64,000 bases of DNA from Candidatus Helarchaeota archaeon (GTDB lineage: Archaea; Asgardarchaeota; Lokiarchaeia; Helarchaeales; RDOG01): assembly GCA_019058315.1 (NCBI GenBank), contig JAHPZH010000001.1, positions 1,329,432 through 1,393,431 on the forward strand, written 5' to 3'. Of this stretch, positions 39,641-49,285 are shown in pieces. The translations under genes were made by a program, and so were the position numbers. The number at the start of each line of letters is the position of its first letter. Position 1 is the first letter of the stretch. A model generated the notes under the pieces. It did not search any database and was not told where the DNA came from. It was given only the letters and a program-made list of their open reading frames with translations.

Positions 39641-40420
39641 ATTTCGTTTTTAGATGATCCATTAGTTTCAAGCTTTGTTTTTTATCCAAGGAAAATATCT
39701 ATTCCAAAAAATTTAGGACCAAACGTACGCATTTTAAAATTTCAAATTACAGATGATATTTTAATCGGAGGTTTTTGTTACTTAAAAGATGCTAATCTAC
39801 CAACTATGTTAATGTTTCATGGAAATGGGGAGATAGCTCTTGATTATTTAAATATATATGAGTTATTCCATGAATGTGGCGTCAATTTGGCAGTTGCTGA
39901 TTTTCGAGGTTATGGTTTTAGTTCAGGTCAGCCCTTCTATACGAGTTTAATTAAAGATGCTATGCCGATTTATAATCATTTCAAAGATTGGGTAAAAAAT
40001 GAGGGTTTAAAAAACTCATTATTTATAATGGGTAGGTCCCTCGGTAGTATTTGCGCATCAGAGATAGGTTCACAAAATCCACCTGATGTTCGAGGAATCT
40101 TCTTTGAGAGTGGATTTGCTAGTATTTATAACTTGATGACTCGTCTCTTTCGTGTTGATGGACCAAATATAACCCCAGAAGCTTTAAAAGATTGGTCAAA
40201 TGATACCAGGATTGCAAAGATTAGGAAACCAGTTTTAATAATCCATGGAGGTAACGATTGGATTATTCCAAGCTCAGAAGCAGAATTAATTCATGAAACT
40301 CTTCCAGAAGATATCGATGCAAAGCTTTTTATCATTAGAGGGGCTGGACATAATAATATTTTAATGTATGGAGAAAAATATACTCATCCATTAAAACAAT
40401 TCATTGAAAAATACGGATAA
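39641..40420 (+). CDS. Alpha/beta hydrolase (BEM46/ABHD17-like); probable ATT start at 39641 (ORF-track ATG 39806)
   Basis: FHGNGE, DFRGYG, GRSLG nucleophile, IIHG..D.IIP, GAGHN. The in-frame upstream extension ISFLDDPLVSSFVFYPR resembles the usual family N-terminus and follows GGAGGT at 39629-39634. Confidence 0.85.
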   Translation: MSFLDDPLVSSFVFYPRKISIPKNLGPNVRILKFQITDDILIGGFCYLKDANLPTMLMFHGNGEIALDYLNIYELFHECGVNLAVADFRGYGFSSGQPFYTSLIKDAMPIYNHFKDWVKNEGLKNSLFIMGRSLGSICASEIGSQNPPDVRGIFFESGFASIYNLMTRLFRVDGPNITPEALKDWSNDTRIAKIRKPVLIIHGGNDWIIPSSEAELIHETLPEDIDAKLFIIRGAGHNNILMYGEKYTHPLKQFIEKYG

Positions 40421-40436
40421 TTTTTGGTTAATTTGA

Positions 40437-41327
40437 ATGCCAAGTGAACAATATAATAAAATTATTGAATTGCTTAAATCAACTAAAGTTGATAGAACTG
40501 TCACAATTGAGGAAAGACGTAAAAATTTAGAGAAGATGGCTTCGCTTGTAAGGCTCCCACGGGATATTCGTTTTGAATCTTTAAAAGTTGGAAAAACTCC
40601 TGCTGAATGGATAATCACTCCAGTATCCGTTGAGGATCGAATCATTTTATACCTTCATGGAGGGGGATATGTGATAGGCTCGATTAAGACTCATAGAGAA
40701 TTAGCAAGTCGTATAGCAAGGGCTTCTAAAGCACGAGGACTTTTAATTGAATATCGATTAGCACCTGAGCACAAATTTCCCGCTGCCTTGGAAGATTCTA
40801 CTTTAGCTTATCGTTGGCTACTCAAAGAAGGATATAATCCCGATCGAATAGTAATTGCTGGGGATTCTGCGGGAGGTGGTTTAACAGTGGCAACCCTTGT
40901 TGCATTAAGGGATCAAGGAGAACCTTTACCTGCAGCAGCTATATGTTTGTCTCCATGGATTGATTTGGAGGGGCTTGGTAAATCTGTAAGGACAAAAGCC
41001 AATATTGATCCTTTATTTGACATAGATGGAATTATTCAAAATGCTAAACTATACCTCGGTGGTGAGGATCCCCATAACCCTCTTGCTGCCCCTTTATATG
41101 CTGATCTTACAGGCCTTCCACCGATGCTGATACAAGTTGGCACATGGGAAATTTTACTTGATGACTCTTTACGACTCGCTGAACAAGCAAAAAAGGCAGG
41201 TGTTGAGGTTATTCTTGAGAAGTGGGAAGATATGGTTCATGTTTTTCAAAGTTTTGGTTACTATCTTCCTGAAGCACAAGAAGCAGTTGAACATATTGGT
41301 GATTTTGTTATTCAATATACAAGCTAA
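40437..41327 (+). CDS. HSL-family esterase/lipase (Abhydrolase_3)
   Basis: HGGG oxyanion motif, YRLAPEH, GDSAGG, E..LDD, HVF. Confidence 0.93.
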   Translation: MPSEQYNKIIELLKSTKVDRTVTIEERRKNLEKMASLVRLPRDIRFESLKVGKTPAEWIITPVSVEDRIILYLHGGGYVIGSIKTHRELASRIARASKARGLLIEYRLAPEHKFPAALEDSTLAYRWLLKEGYNPDRIVIAGDSAGGGLTVATLVALRDQGEPLPAAAICLSPWIDLEGLGKSVRTKANIDPLFDIDGIIQNAKLYLGGEDPHNPLAAPLYADLTGLPPMLIQVGTWEILLDDSLRLAEQAKKAGVEVILEKWEDMVHVFQSFGYYLPEAQEAVEHIGDFVIQYTS

Positions 41328-41346
41328 AATTTATTATATCTAAATA

Positions 41347-41862
41347 TTATTTTTGTGAATGGAGGGCATAATACCGAGATATTAATGACAATACAAAAAA
41401 TCCCAACATCGCAATAAGCAATATGTTGTAAATTAGACTATCAGCAAAGATGAGTGTTATACCTATTATTATATAAAGAAATAGTCCAGAATATCTACCT
41501 ATAGGATCGTAAACCGGCTTTTTTTGTTTCGATGTTAAAATAAATTGTAGAAACATAAACCCTATTATAATAAGTATCCAAAATGGATATATTTCCTTTA
41601 AAATAAATGCAAAGAATAATATAAAAATAATAACAAAGTCAGAAATAGCATCGAAATATGCCCCAAAGGTAGATGTAACTTCTAATTTTCTTGCAATGGT
41701 CCCATCAAGGATATCTGTGATCCAAGAGATAGTAAAGAGAATAAAGCACTCTATGATTAAATCATTGAATAAGAAAATTAATAATGGTGGAATTAATACG
41801 ATTCTTAAACCAGTGATGATTTGAGGGATAAGAAACCTCTTATTATACCTTTTATTTTCCAT
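41347..41862 (-). CDS. CDP-alcohol phosphatidyltransferase family protein
   Basis: ITGLR, TDILDGTIARK...STFGAYFDAISD (DxxDGxxAR...GxxxDxxxD). Confidence 0.92.
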   Translation of the reverse strand: MENKRYNKRFLIPQIITGLRIVLIPPLLIFLFNDLIIECFILFTISWITDILDGTIARKLEVTSTFGAYFDAISDFVIIFILFFAFILKEIYPFWILIIIGFMFLQFILTSKQKKPVYDPIGRYSGLFLYIIIGITLIFADSLIYNILLIAMLGFFVLSLISRYYALHSQK

Positions 41863-42001
41863 TTTCTCTCATTCTAAAAACAATTTAGTCAATAATCTTT
41901 TAAAATTATTTCATATCAATCTATAACAACAGTCAGATGACAAATATAGTACAAAAAGAGTAATATTATGAATTATATTAACTATAAATTGAGATCTAAA
42001 A

Positions 42002-42643
42002 ATGAAAAAAGAATCTATAATAACCACGATTTACGGATTACTCACCATTAGTTTAATAATAATATTGTATTTACTTCTTGCCAACTCAATACCTAATATT
42101 TTTATATTAAGCGAATGGACTGAATTTTTAATACTATTATGTCTAATATTTCCAATTATAACCACATTTTTAGCACTTATTTTTTATTTTACTTTAAAAA
42201 TCGCAATTCCAATGGTATTTTCAGGTTTAGGTTTTCTATTTTTTCAAGGAATCTGGTTTCGATTTCCAACTATTAATGTTATGATGAGTTCAGCTTATTT
42301 TTTAGTAGGTATGTTGTTTATTGGACTGGGATTGTGGTTAGAATCTGACCTTTTACCAGTAAGATATCCTGAAGCATTTGAAGATACAGAGGAAAAACCT
42401 GAGCCTATGGATATTGAATTTTCTGAAGAGGATTATAAAGATGAAGTAAAATTTTGGATTAAATTACTTGATAGTTCTGATGAAAAATATCGAGAAGAAG
42501 CAATAATTTCATTAGGTGAAATAGGAGATAAAAGAGCAATTCCACATTTAGAAAAATTACTTGAGGATGAATCAAAATCTACTCGTGAACTCTCAAGAAA
42601 AGCAATAAAATCAATAAAATCAATAAAAGGGAAAGTTAATTAA
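42002..42643 (+). CDS. Membrane protein (about 4 TM) with C-terminal HEAT/PBS-lyase repeat
   Basis: Hydrophobic N-half; REEAIISLGEIGDKRAIPHLEKLLEDE. Confidence 0.8.
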   Translation: MKKESIITTIYGLLTISLIIILYLLLANSIPNIFILSEWTEFLILLCLIFPIITTFLALIFYFTLKIAIPMVFSGLGFLFFQGIWFRFPTINVMMSSAYFLVGMLFIGLGLWLESDLLPVRYPEAFEDTEEKPEPMDIEFSEEDYKDEVKFWIKLLDSSDEKYREEAIISLGEIGDKRAIPHLEKLLEDESKSTRELSRKAIKSIKSIKGKVN

Positions 42644-42682
42644 GTATTATAATTAATAAAAGTTCAAAGGAGGAGAAAATAT

Positions 42683-43387
42683 ATTATTTTTAATAGAGTT
42701 CGTGTAGCAATAAGATTTACAGATGAGCAAAATAGAAAAAGAACTATTGGAGCGAATTGTAGAGTAAGCTTCAGCTCAAATTTTATAGAAATTATATCAA
42801 GAAAATTATTAAGACTCAAGCTTAGGAATGAATTGGAGAGATGGTTTGCATTTCAAGAAGTCCCTATATTTACAGAAGAAAATTTACATCTTTTATTTAA
42901 AGTATCTAGAGAATTATGGGTTCCTTGGCCTTATATTATGAAATTTAAATTTAATCTCAAAAATATTTCCTATGAAAAATTCGAAAAATCTATAGATCTC
43001 GTAAAACGAGGTTTAAAAAACGTTATCCTTCATTTTAATTCAAGTCATGGGATAATTATTTTAGAATTGAAAAATAAAAAAGCAGCTATAACCGATATTA
43101 TTTTATCTTATGGGGAGAAGATTGGAGAGATTGAAGAAGAAGTCTTTGTTCCAGCTGACTTTGGGTTTGAGGAGGCTGACTTTAAAGATGAAACTGAATT
43201 TTGGATTAAATCCCTTGGAAGTTTGGATGAGGCTTATCTAGAAGAAGCAATTATTTCATTAGGGGAAATAGGGGATAAAAGGGCCATTCCATATTTAGAA
43301 AAATTCTTGGAAAATGAGTCAAAATCACTTCAAAAATTATCAAGGAAATCGATAGAATCAATAAAAAGGAAAGGAAATCAAAATTAA
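42683..43387 (+). CDS. Soluble protein with C-terminal HEAT/PBS-lyase repeat; possible ATT start at 42683 (ORF-track TTG 42833)
   Basis: EEAIISLGEIGDKRAIPYLEKFLENE. The frame is open from 42653 and AAGGAGGA at 42667-42674 precedes ATT ATT. Confidence 0.72.
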   Translation: MIFNRVRVAIRFTDEQNRKRTIGANCRVSFSSNFIEIISRKLLRLKLRNELERWFAFQEVPIFTEENLHLLFKVSRELWVPWPYIMKFKFNLKNISYEKFEKSIDLVKRGLKNVILHFNSSHGIIILELKNKKAAITDIILSYGEKIGEIEEEVFVPADFGFEEADFKDETEFWIKSLGSLDEAYLEEAIISLGEIGDKRAIPYLEKFLENESKSLQKLSRKSIESIKRKGNQN

Positions 43388-43400
43388 ACAAATAAGATTT

Positions 43401-44381
43401 TTATTTTTCCTCTAATTCCTCTTTTGTACCTACAATAACATTTAAACTGTTTGGAATGATTTCAAATTCAAAATCTGTCCCTTTTCCGACCTGTTCACCA
43501 TCCAAGTCTAAAAAAACAGGATCTTCACTTAAAATTTTAACGTTTATACAAAGATCATGTTCTTTAACTTGAGGCATCTTTAGATGTGAACCATCATAAA
43601 TTTTCCCGATATTTGTTAATAGCATCCATCTAGATCCATCTTGAATTGTAATAATACTAAATTTTCCATTTGTTGAATCTGAGTTTGGAGAAATCATCAT
43701 TCCTCCCCCAAAATATTTTCCAATACAGATACATGTCATATTAGCATTATACTCATACGCATTTTCTTCATCTTCATCTAAAATAAGGCGAGTTAGGCTT
43801 TTATGATGATGCATAATTCCACGTATAGACCCAATAAGGAATGAAAATTTTCCCCCAAGACGTTTTGTTGTCCGATTAACACGATCTACAACATCACCAC
43901 CTAAACCAGTATCAGCAACATTAACAAATAAACGAGTTCCCGGATTTCCTTCCAAATCCTTAAATTTTGCAATACCAACATCTTGCTTCTGAATAATTCC
44001 ATGTTCTAGAATATCTATTGATCCCTCTATTTCTTTAGGAATTTCTACTGTTTTAATAAAATCCGAACCAGTCCCGCTTGATATTACACCAAATTTGCAC
44101 TCAGGGTTTAGAGGAGTAAAATTTTCAGGATCAAAAAATCCATTTGCAACTTCATTAAATGTCCCATCGCCACCAACTGCTACAATAAAATCTTCATTTT
44201 GTTTAATGGCTTCTCTTGCCAATTCCGTAGCATGATTAGGACCTTCTGTAAAAATATGGGTATATTCTATTTTTTTCCCATCTAGAAGAGGTTTAATCTC
44301 TTTTTCCCATCGTTTTTTTGTTTTACCATTTCCCGCCTTTGGATTAATTATAATATACAAAATTTCAACTCCAGAAATCAA
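43401..44381 (-). CDS. Diacylglycerol/lipid kinase family (YegS/DgkB/BmrU-like)
   Basis: IINPKAGNG, VGGDGTFNEVANG, GTGSDF, YFGGGM, LDGE. Confidence 0.93.
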   Translation of the reverse strand: MISGVEILYIIINPKAGNGKTKKRWEKEIKPLLDGKKIEYTHIFTEGPNHATELAREAIKQNEDFIVAVGGDGTFNEVANGFFDPENFTPLNPECKFGVISSGTGSDFIKTVEIPKEIEGSIDILEHGIIQKQDVGIAKFKDLEGNPGTRLFVNVADTGLGGDVVDRVNRTTKRLGGKFSFLIGSIRGIMHHHKSLTRLILDEDEENAYEYNANMTCICIGKYFGGGMMISPNSDSTNGKFSIITIQDGSRWMLLTNIGKIYDGSHLKMPQVKEHDLCINVKILSEDPVFLDLDGEQVGKGTDFEFEIIPNSLNVIVGTKEELEEK

Positions 44382-44440
44382 GCAAATAAAATAATAACGA
44401 ATAAGTTATTTATGCCTTTTTTAATATAACATATTCTAGA

Positions 44441-45751
44441 GTGATCAAATTGGAGAATGATAAACAATTCGTGTTATGGGATCAGATTTTACATTATTTT
44501 GAAATGGCGATGAAGATATTTGAAAGTATGGAAGGACGACTTCAAAATCAAGAATTTGTAGATATGTTTTTTAATTATTTCAAGAAGCTTCGTATCGCTA
44601 AAAAAGAAAATAAACCGATTGTGATGACAAATTTTTGTCTCCCACCGGAGATCATTTATGCTATGAATTGTTATCCAATGTGTCAAGAAATAGGGAGTGT
44701 TGCGCTTTCCATTGCAAATGCAGGATTGAAATATATTGATGTAGCCGAAGAAAAAGGCATTGATAAATTTCAATGTAATGCACAAAAAGTTTGGATAGGC
44801 GCCAGTATGTTAGGAGAAGCTCCATTTCCAGATTACATAATTTACGGAAGTCAGCCTTGTGATTCAACTAATTCCCAATATCAGGTTTTAAGAAGAATTT
44901 ATGATAAATCTTCTGTTTATACAATAGATATTCCTTATTGGCATTACGACCCTCAAAATAAGTATTACGATGCCGATACCGTTCCGTATGTTGCAAAACA
45001 ATTAAAAAATTTAATTCCTTGGTTGGAAGAAAGAACTAAAACTAAAATGGATCATGACAGATTTATGGAAACAATAAAAAATTCGAATAAGACTCGAGAA
45101 ATTATTATGGAAGGGATGGAGTTGATGAAGGCAGTTCCTGCGCCATTACCCTCATTGGCAGCTTTTAACAATTACGGTGTTCTTCTAACTTCGGGTGGAC
45201 TACCTGAGCCTATAAAATATGCTGAATGGGTGCGAGATACAGCTAAAGAAAGGATTAAGAATAAGCAAGGTGCTTTAGCAGAACGGGGAATTGAAGAAAA
45301 AATTAGGATTATGTGGATTTATTTACCAATTTTTTTCGATTCATTTTTATTTGATTGGTTAGAAAGAAAATTCGGTGCAGTAACTGTAATGGATATGATG
45401 GGTTATACTATGAGTCAAATAATAAATACAAAAAATGATGATACAATTTTTGAAGGATTGGCTGCTCAAATTTTAGATACACCTATGGGAAGACAGTCGA
45501 GAGGACCGGCAGAGTTCTATATCGATGATCTGCTCAGGATCGGCAAAGAATATAAGGTTGATTGTGCTATTTATGGAGGCCACCTCGGGTGTAAACACTC
45601 ACACGCGATAGCAGTCATGATCAAGGAAATTATTGAAGCCGAATTAGGTATACCATGCCTTAATTTTGAAGTAGACTGTATTGATTCAAGACCAATCACT
45701 GGAAGGGAAGTGAAGAGGAAACTTAAATTATTTCTGAAAAATTTAGAATAA
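44441..45751 (+). CDS. 2-hydroxyacyl-CoA dehydratase subunit (HgdA/B, FldB/C, BcrB/C family)
   Basis: PPEIIYAM, C (FQCNAQK), PCD, IDIPY, EYKVDCAI...GCK, GIPCL.FEVD. Confidence 0.88.
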   Translation: MIKLENDKQFVLWDQILHYFEMAMKIFESMEGRLQNQEFVDMFFNYFKKLRIAKKENKPIVMTNFCLPPEIIYAMNCYPMCQEIGSVALSIANAGLKYIDVAEEKGIDKFQCNAQKVWIGASMLGEAPFPDYIIYGSQPCDSTNSQYQVLRRIYDKSSVYTIDIPYWHYDPQNKYYDADTVPYVAKQLKNLIPWLEERTKTKMDHDRFMETIKNSNKTREIIMEGMELMKAVPAPLPSLAAFNNYGVLLTSGGLPEPIKYAEWVRDTAKERIKNKQGALAERGIEEKIRIMWIYLPIFFDSFLFDWLERKFGAVTVMDMMGYTMSQIINTKNDDTIFEGLAAQILDTPMGRQSRGPAEFYIDDLLRIGKEYKVDCAIYGGHLGCKHSHAIAVMIKEIIEAELGIPCLNFEVDCIDSRPITGREVKRKLKLFLKNLE

Positions 45752-45862
45752 CATCTCTTAACTAAAAAAAGATAAAAATAGGATTTACTCATTAAATCAA
45801 TCTAATATTTGATATTTATAATTAGTTGAAAATCTTTTAAAAAATAGTAAAAAGTATAGGAG

Positions 45863-47065
45863 TTATATTATTTTTTCATTTCTAAATTTATCTATCTCTT
45901 CTTCTGAATAACCTAATGATCTGAGAATTTCATTATTATGCTCTCCATATTCAGGAGCATCGGATCTGATTTGGCATGGAGTTTTGGACAATTTGAATGG
46001 AAATCCAACCATTTTACATGGACCTAACTTGGGGGAATTGAATTCAATGAACATTTTTCGATTTTTCACATGTTCGTCCTTGATTACCTCTTTAAATTCA
46101 TTAACTTTTGAAATACAGACGTCATAGCCTTTCATTTGTTCGAACCATTCGTCTCTTGTTTTTTCTTTAAATTTTTCTTTTAAAAAATTAAGTATTTCGT
46201 CTCTTCTAGAACCAGAGGGAGAATAATCTTCACTATATTCGGGGCAATTTAAAATTTGACATAATTTCTTCCAGAATTTTTCTTCCAACGCACCTAATGC
46301 TATATATTTTTCATCTTTTGTTTGATATATGTTATAATTTGGTAAATATCCAGTTAATCTTTCTCCTCCAGTTCGAGGTTCTCTATTATTTACAATAAAT
46401 TCAGCAAACTTTCTTACTAACCAATAAATAGCACCATCTTGCATAGCAACATCAATATATTGTCCCAAATCAAATTTATCTCGGGCAATTAACGCACTTA
46501 AAATTGCAATCACACAATTCATACCCCCTGTTCCCAAGTCTGCAATTTGAATTCCTGGTGGATGGGGGTTTCTTCCATACTCACCAGTCAACATACCCAG
46601 TCCTGCAACGCTGATGTAATTCAAGTCATGACCAACCATGTTAGCATAACTTCCATTTTGACCATAACCAGTAAGTGAGCAATAGATAATTCTCGGATTA
46701 ATCTTTTTTATCGTCTGATAATCAATCCCAAGTTTTTTTACCACTCCAGGACGAAACCCCTCTAAGATCACGTCATAATTTTTTGCTAGCTGATAAAAAA
46801 TCTCACGACCTTGTTGTGTCTTAAGGTTTAGAGTCATAGATTTTTTATTTCTATTTAAACAATAAAAAGTATAATTGATTTTTTTCCCGTCATTTGTTGT
46901 AATGTATGGTTCCCGCCATCTTGCATAGTCTCCTTGTATATTATCTTCGATTTTAAGCACATCGGCACCCAAATCTCCAAGAAGCAAGGTAGCAAATGGA
47001 CCAGGCAGTAATCTTGATAGGTCTAAAATCTTTATTCCTTCTAATGGTAGAGGCATTTTTATCAA
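45863..47065 (-). CDS. CaiB/BaiF family III CoA-transferase (AMACR-like)
   Basis: LEGIKILDLSRLLPGP, NRNKKS, EGFRPGV, GHDLNY, IADLG. Confidence 0.93.
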   Translation of the reverse strand: MIKMPLPLEGIKILDLSRLLPGPFATLLLGDLGADVLKIEDNIQGDYARWREPYITTNDGKKINYTFYCLNRNKKSMTLNLKTQQGREIFYQLAKNYDVILEGFRPGVVKKLGIDYQTIKKINPRIIYCSLTGYGQNGSYANMVGHDLNYISVAGLGMLTGEYGRNPHPPGIQIADLGTGGMNCVIAILSALIARDKFDLGQYIDVAMQDGAIYWLVRKFAEFIVNNREPRTGGERLTGYLPNYNIYQTKDEKYIALGALEEKFWKKLCQILNCPEYSEDYSPSGSRRDEILNFLKEKFKEKTRDEWFEQMKGYDVCISKVNEFKEVIKDEHVKNRKMFIEFNSPKLGPCKMVGFPFKLSKTPCQIRSDAPEYGEHNNEILRSLGYSEEEIDKFRNEKII

Positions 47066-47215
47066 AACTATTAAATTTTTAATTCTTATTTTGCCTAAGC
47101 TTCATATTTATAAGTGAAATTTATATTAGATGTTGAAAAAATTAATCTAGAGTAAAGTGTTATATATCATTTCTAAAAATATATGTTCTTAAAATAAGAC
47201 TAAATTTTCTAAAAA

Positions 47216-47506
47216 ATGTGTTACCAAATGGGTAAAAAGAAATTTTTCAAATGCCCGAAGTGCTCTTCTTTACTTCAAATAGAAATAGAGTTACCAGAAC
47301 ACGTTGAATCATGGCCATATGTTATGCATTATAAGCATCCAGGTCCTAATAATACAGAATGCGATCTTGTCCTTGAAGTTGATTCAAATTATACTATTCG
47401 TGAACTGGGGAAAGAGGGACTAGACGAAACAAAAGAAGTTGTGAGTGAAAAAGTCACAGAAGAGAAAAAAGCTGAAGAATTAGGTTTTAAAGTCGTAAAA
47501 GAGTGA
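47216..47506 (+). CDS. Small putative zinc-binding protein
   Basis: FKCPKC...H......C..VD.NY.IR pattern with an acidic tail. Confidence 0.7.
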   Translation: MCYQMGKKKFFKCPKCSSLLQIEIELPEHVESWPYVMHYKHPGPNNTECDLVLEVDSNYTIRELGKEGLDETKEVVSEKVTEEKKAEELGFKVVKE

Positions 47507-47565
47507 AAATGAAAAAATTTGCTCATTGAGATTTATAAGAAGACAGCTCTTTTTTTGTATAAATA

Positions 47566-48513
47566 TCATTTTGAATATTCAATAGATACATCACAACTTC
47601 TATCTCCAGCTGCTAACCTTTGGGACACATATGATTTTAATTTTTTATTTACAGCATGAACCAAACCATCTTCCCAACTTACAAACGCTTGGCAAATTTT
47701 TGGATCTTTCATTCCTCGATGAGGGCATCTATAAGGATTCCCACAAAAGCTTATAATTGACTCCCTTGGATTTACTATAACCTCTGGCTCATTAAATGGG
47801 TAAATTACACGTTCCCACCCCGCCAACCCGTATAAAACATAGATATACATTATCATTTGAGTTGCTTTTGTAATATCATCTAATTTACTTTCTTTAAAGA
47901 ATTTGAGTTGTCCGAATTTTTTCCCATAATAATAACCTATTGGAAAACCAGCTTCTTTGGTAACTTTAATAAACTGATTTCGATATTTTGAACGGCTTAT
48001 CCAATTTATAACATATCCTGATAAACTTCCAGCCCAAAGTAAATAAGCCCGTATTGGATTATCACGAAATGTCTGCAAAAATAGAGAGCGCTGTTTAATG
48101 AATCGTTTAAACATGTGTAATACTGCTTTGGCCCCATAAGCAATTAGTCTAGGAATAAATGTTCTACCAATCTTTTTAGTTGTATAATAAGTTCCAGACC
48201 TCAATAATAAAAACCAAAATTTCGCCCTATCCTCCCAAGTTACTTCATTTTTTAACTTTAGGACTTCTTCTGCTAACCATTCTGGTGGATTTTTCTCAAT
48301 ATTCCATTGACGAAATTTATTAGGAGGGGTTATGCGTTTAAAAAGCCTTACAGGCAATCTTAAAATTTTCGCAAACGCAATTATAAATCCGTTACTTGAA
48401 ATAAATCTTAAATATGTATATCCAGTTGATAATGCGTATAGTAATATTACTAAAAACATCAGAATTAAGAACATAGCTCCGGCTACAAGAATTATACTCG
48501 CCATATTCGCCAT
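47566..48513 (-). CDS. Membrane-anchored protein with C-terminal V4R/ATC-hydrolase-like Cys domain
   Basis: N-terminal TM segment; CPH......C..F..WE.GLV.AVN......RLAAGD..CDV.I pattern. Confidence 0.6.
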   Translation of the reverse strand: MANMASIILVAGAMFLILMFLVILLYALSTGYTYLRFISSNGFIIAFAKILRLPVRLFKRITPPNKFRQWNIEKNPPEWLAEEVLKLKNEVTWEDRAKFWFLLLRSGTYYTTKKIGRTFIPRLIAYGAKAVLHMFKRFIKQRSLFLQTFRDNPIRAYLLWAGSLSGYVINWISRSKYRNQFIKVTKEAGFPIGYYYGKKFGQLKFFKESKLDDITKATQMIMYIYVLYGLAGWERVIYPFNEPEVIVNPRESIISFCGNPYRCPHRGMKDPKICQAFVSWEDGLVHAVNKKLKSYVSQRLAAGDRSCDVSIEYSK

Positions 48514-48649
48514 CTTTTAACTTTTCTTAAATTAAAGTTACCTACTTTTAAATGGCATTTATATTGAATCAAAATAGCAAGTAAGGTATAAAAAGATAAT
48601 TTCTATTATTTTCTAAAATTAAATAATAAATTAATTAGAGGGTGAATCC

Positions 48650-49153
48650 ATGCCAAATACTCTTGATAATTTGAAAAGTGCATTTGCTGGTGAGAGCCAA
48701 GCGAATAGAAAGTATCTTGCTTTTTCAAAGAAGGCAGAAAAGGAAGGATTTTCTAATATTGCGAAAATGTTCAAAGCAATTGCAGAAGCTGAGACTGTTC
48801 ATGCCCATAATCATCTAAGAACAATGGGCGGGATCAAATCCACTTTAGAGAACTTGGAGGAAGCAAAAGGCGGCGAGTTTTACGAAATAACTAAAATGTA
48901 TCCAGCTATGGTAGAAACGGCCAAAAAAGAGGGTAATAAACAAGCTGAACGAACAATGAATTTCGCTTTACAAACTGAAAAAATTCATGAGAAAATGTAT
49001 GAAAAAGCAATTGACAAAATCAAAGACGGAAAGGATATTGACGAAAAAGTGTTCCATGTTTGTCCCGTTTGCGGTTGTACATTCGAAGGAGAAGATCTGC
49101 CAGACAAATGTCCAATTTGTAATGCAAAAAAAGAATTATTTATGAAAATTTAG
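48650..49153 (+). CDS. rbr: Rubrerythrin
   Basis: AFAGESQANRKY, EAETVHA, E..EMY, E..H, CPVCG...CPIC; SD GAGGGTGA. Confidence 0.95.
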   Translation: MPNTLDNLKSAFAGESQANRKYLAFSKKAEKEGFSNIAKMFKAIAEAETVHAHNHLRTMGGIKSTLENLEEAKGGEFYEITKMYPAMVETAKKEGNKQAERTMNFALQTEKIHEKMYEKAIDKIKDGKDIDEKVFHVCPVCGCTFEGEDLPDKCPICNAKKELFMKI

Positions 49154-49285
49154 CATAAAAACTAATTTTTTTCAAATTTTCCTTTTTTATTTTGTTAATT
49201 TGATTTTAATTTAATTTATTTTTTATAGTTTTTTTCATAATGTTTTATAAATTCATAAAATCGATTATTTTCATTTGTTAAACTA

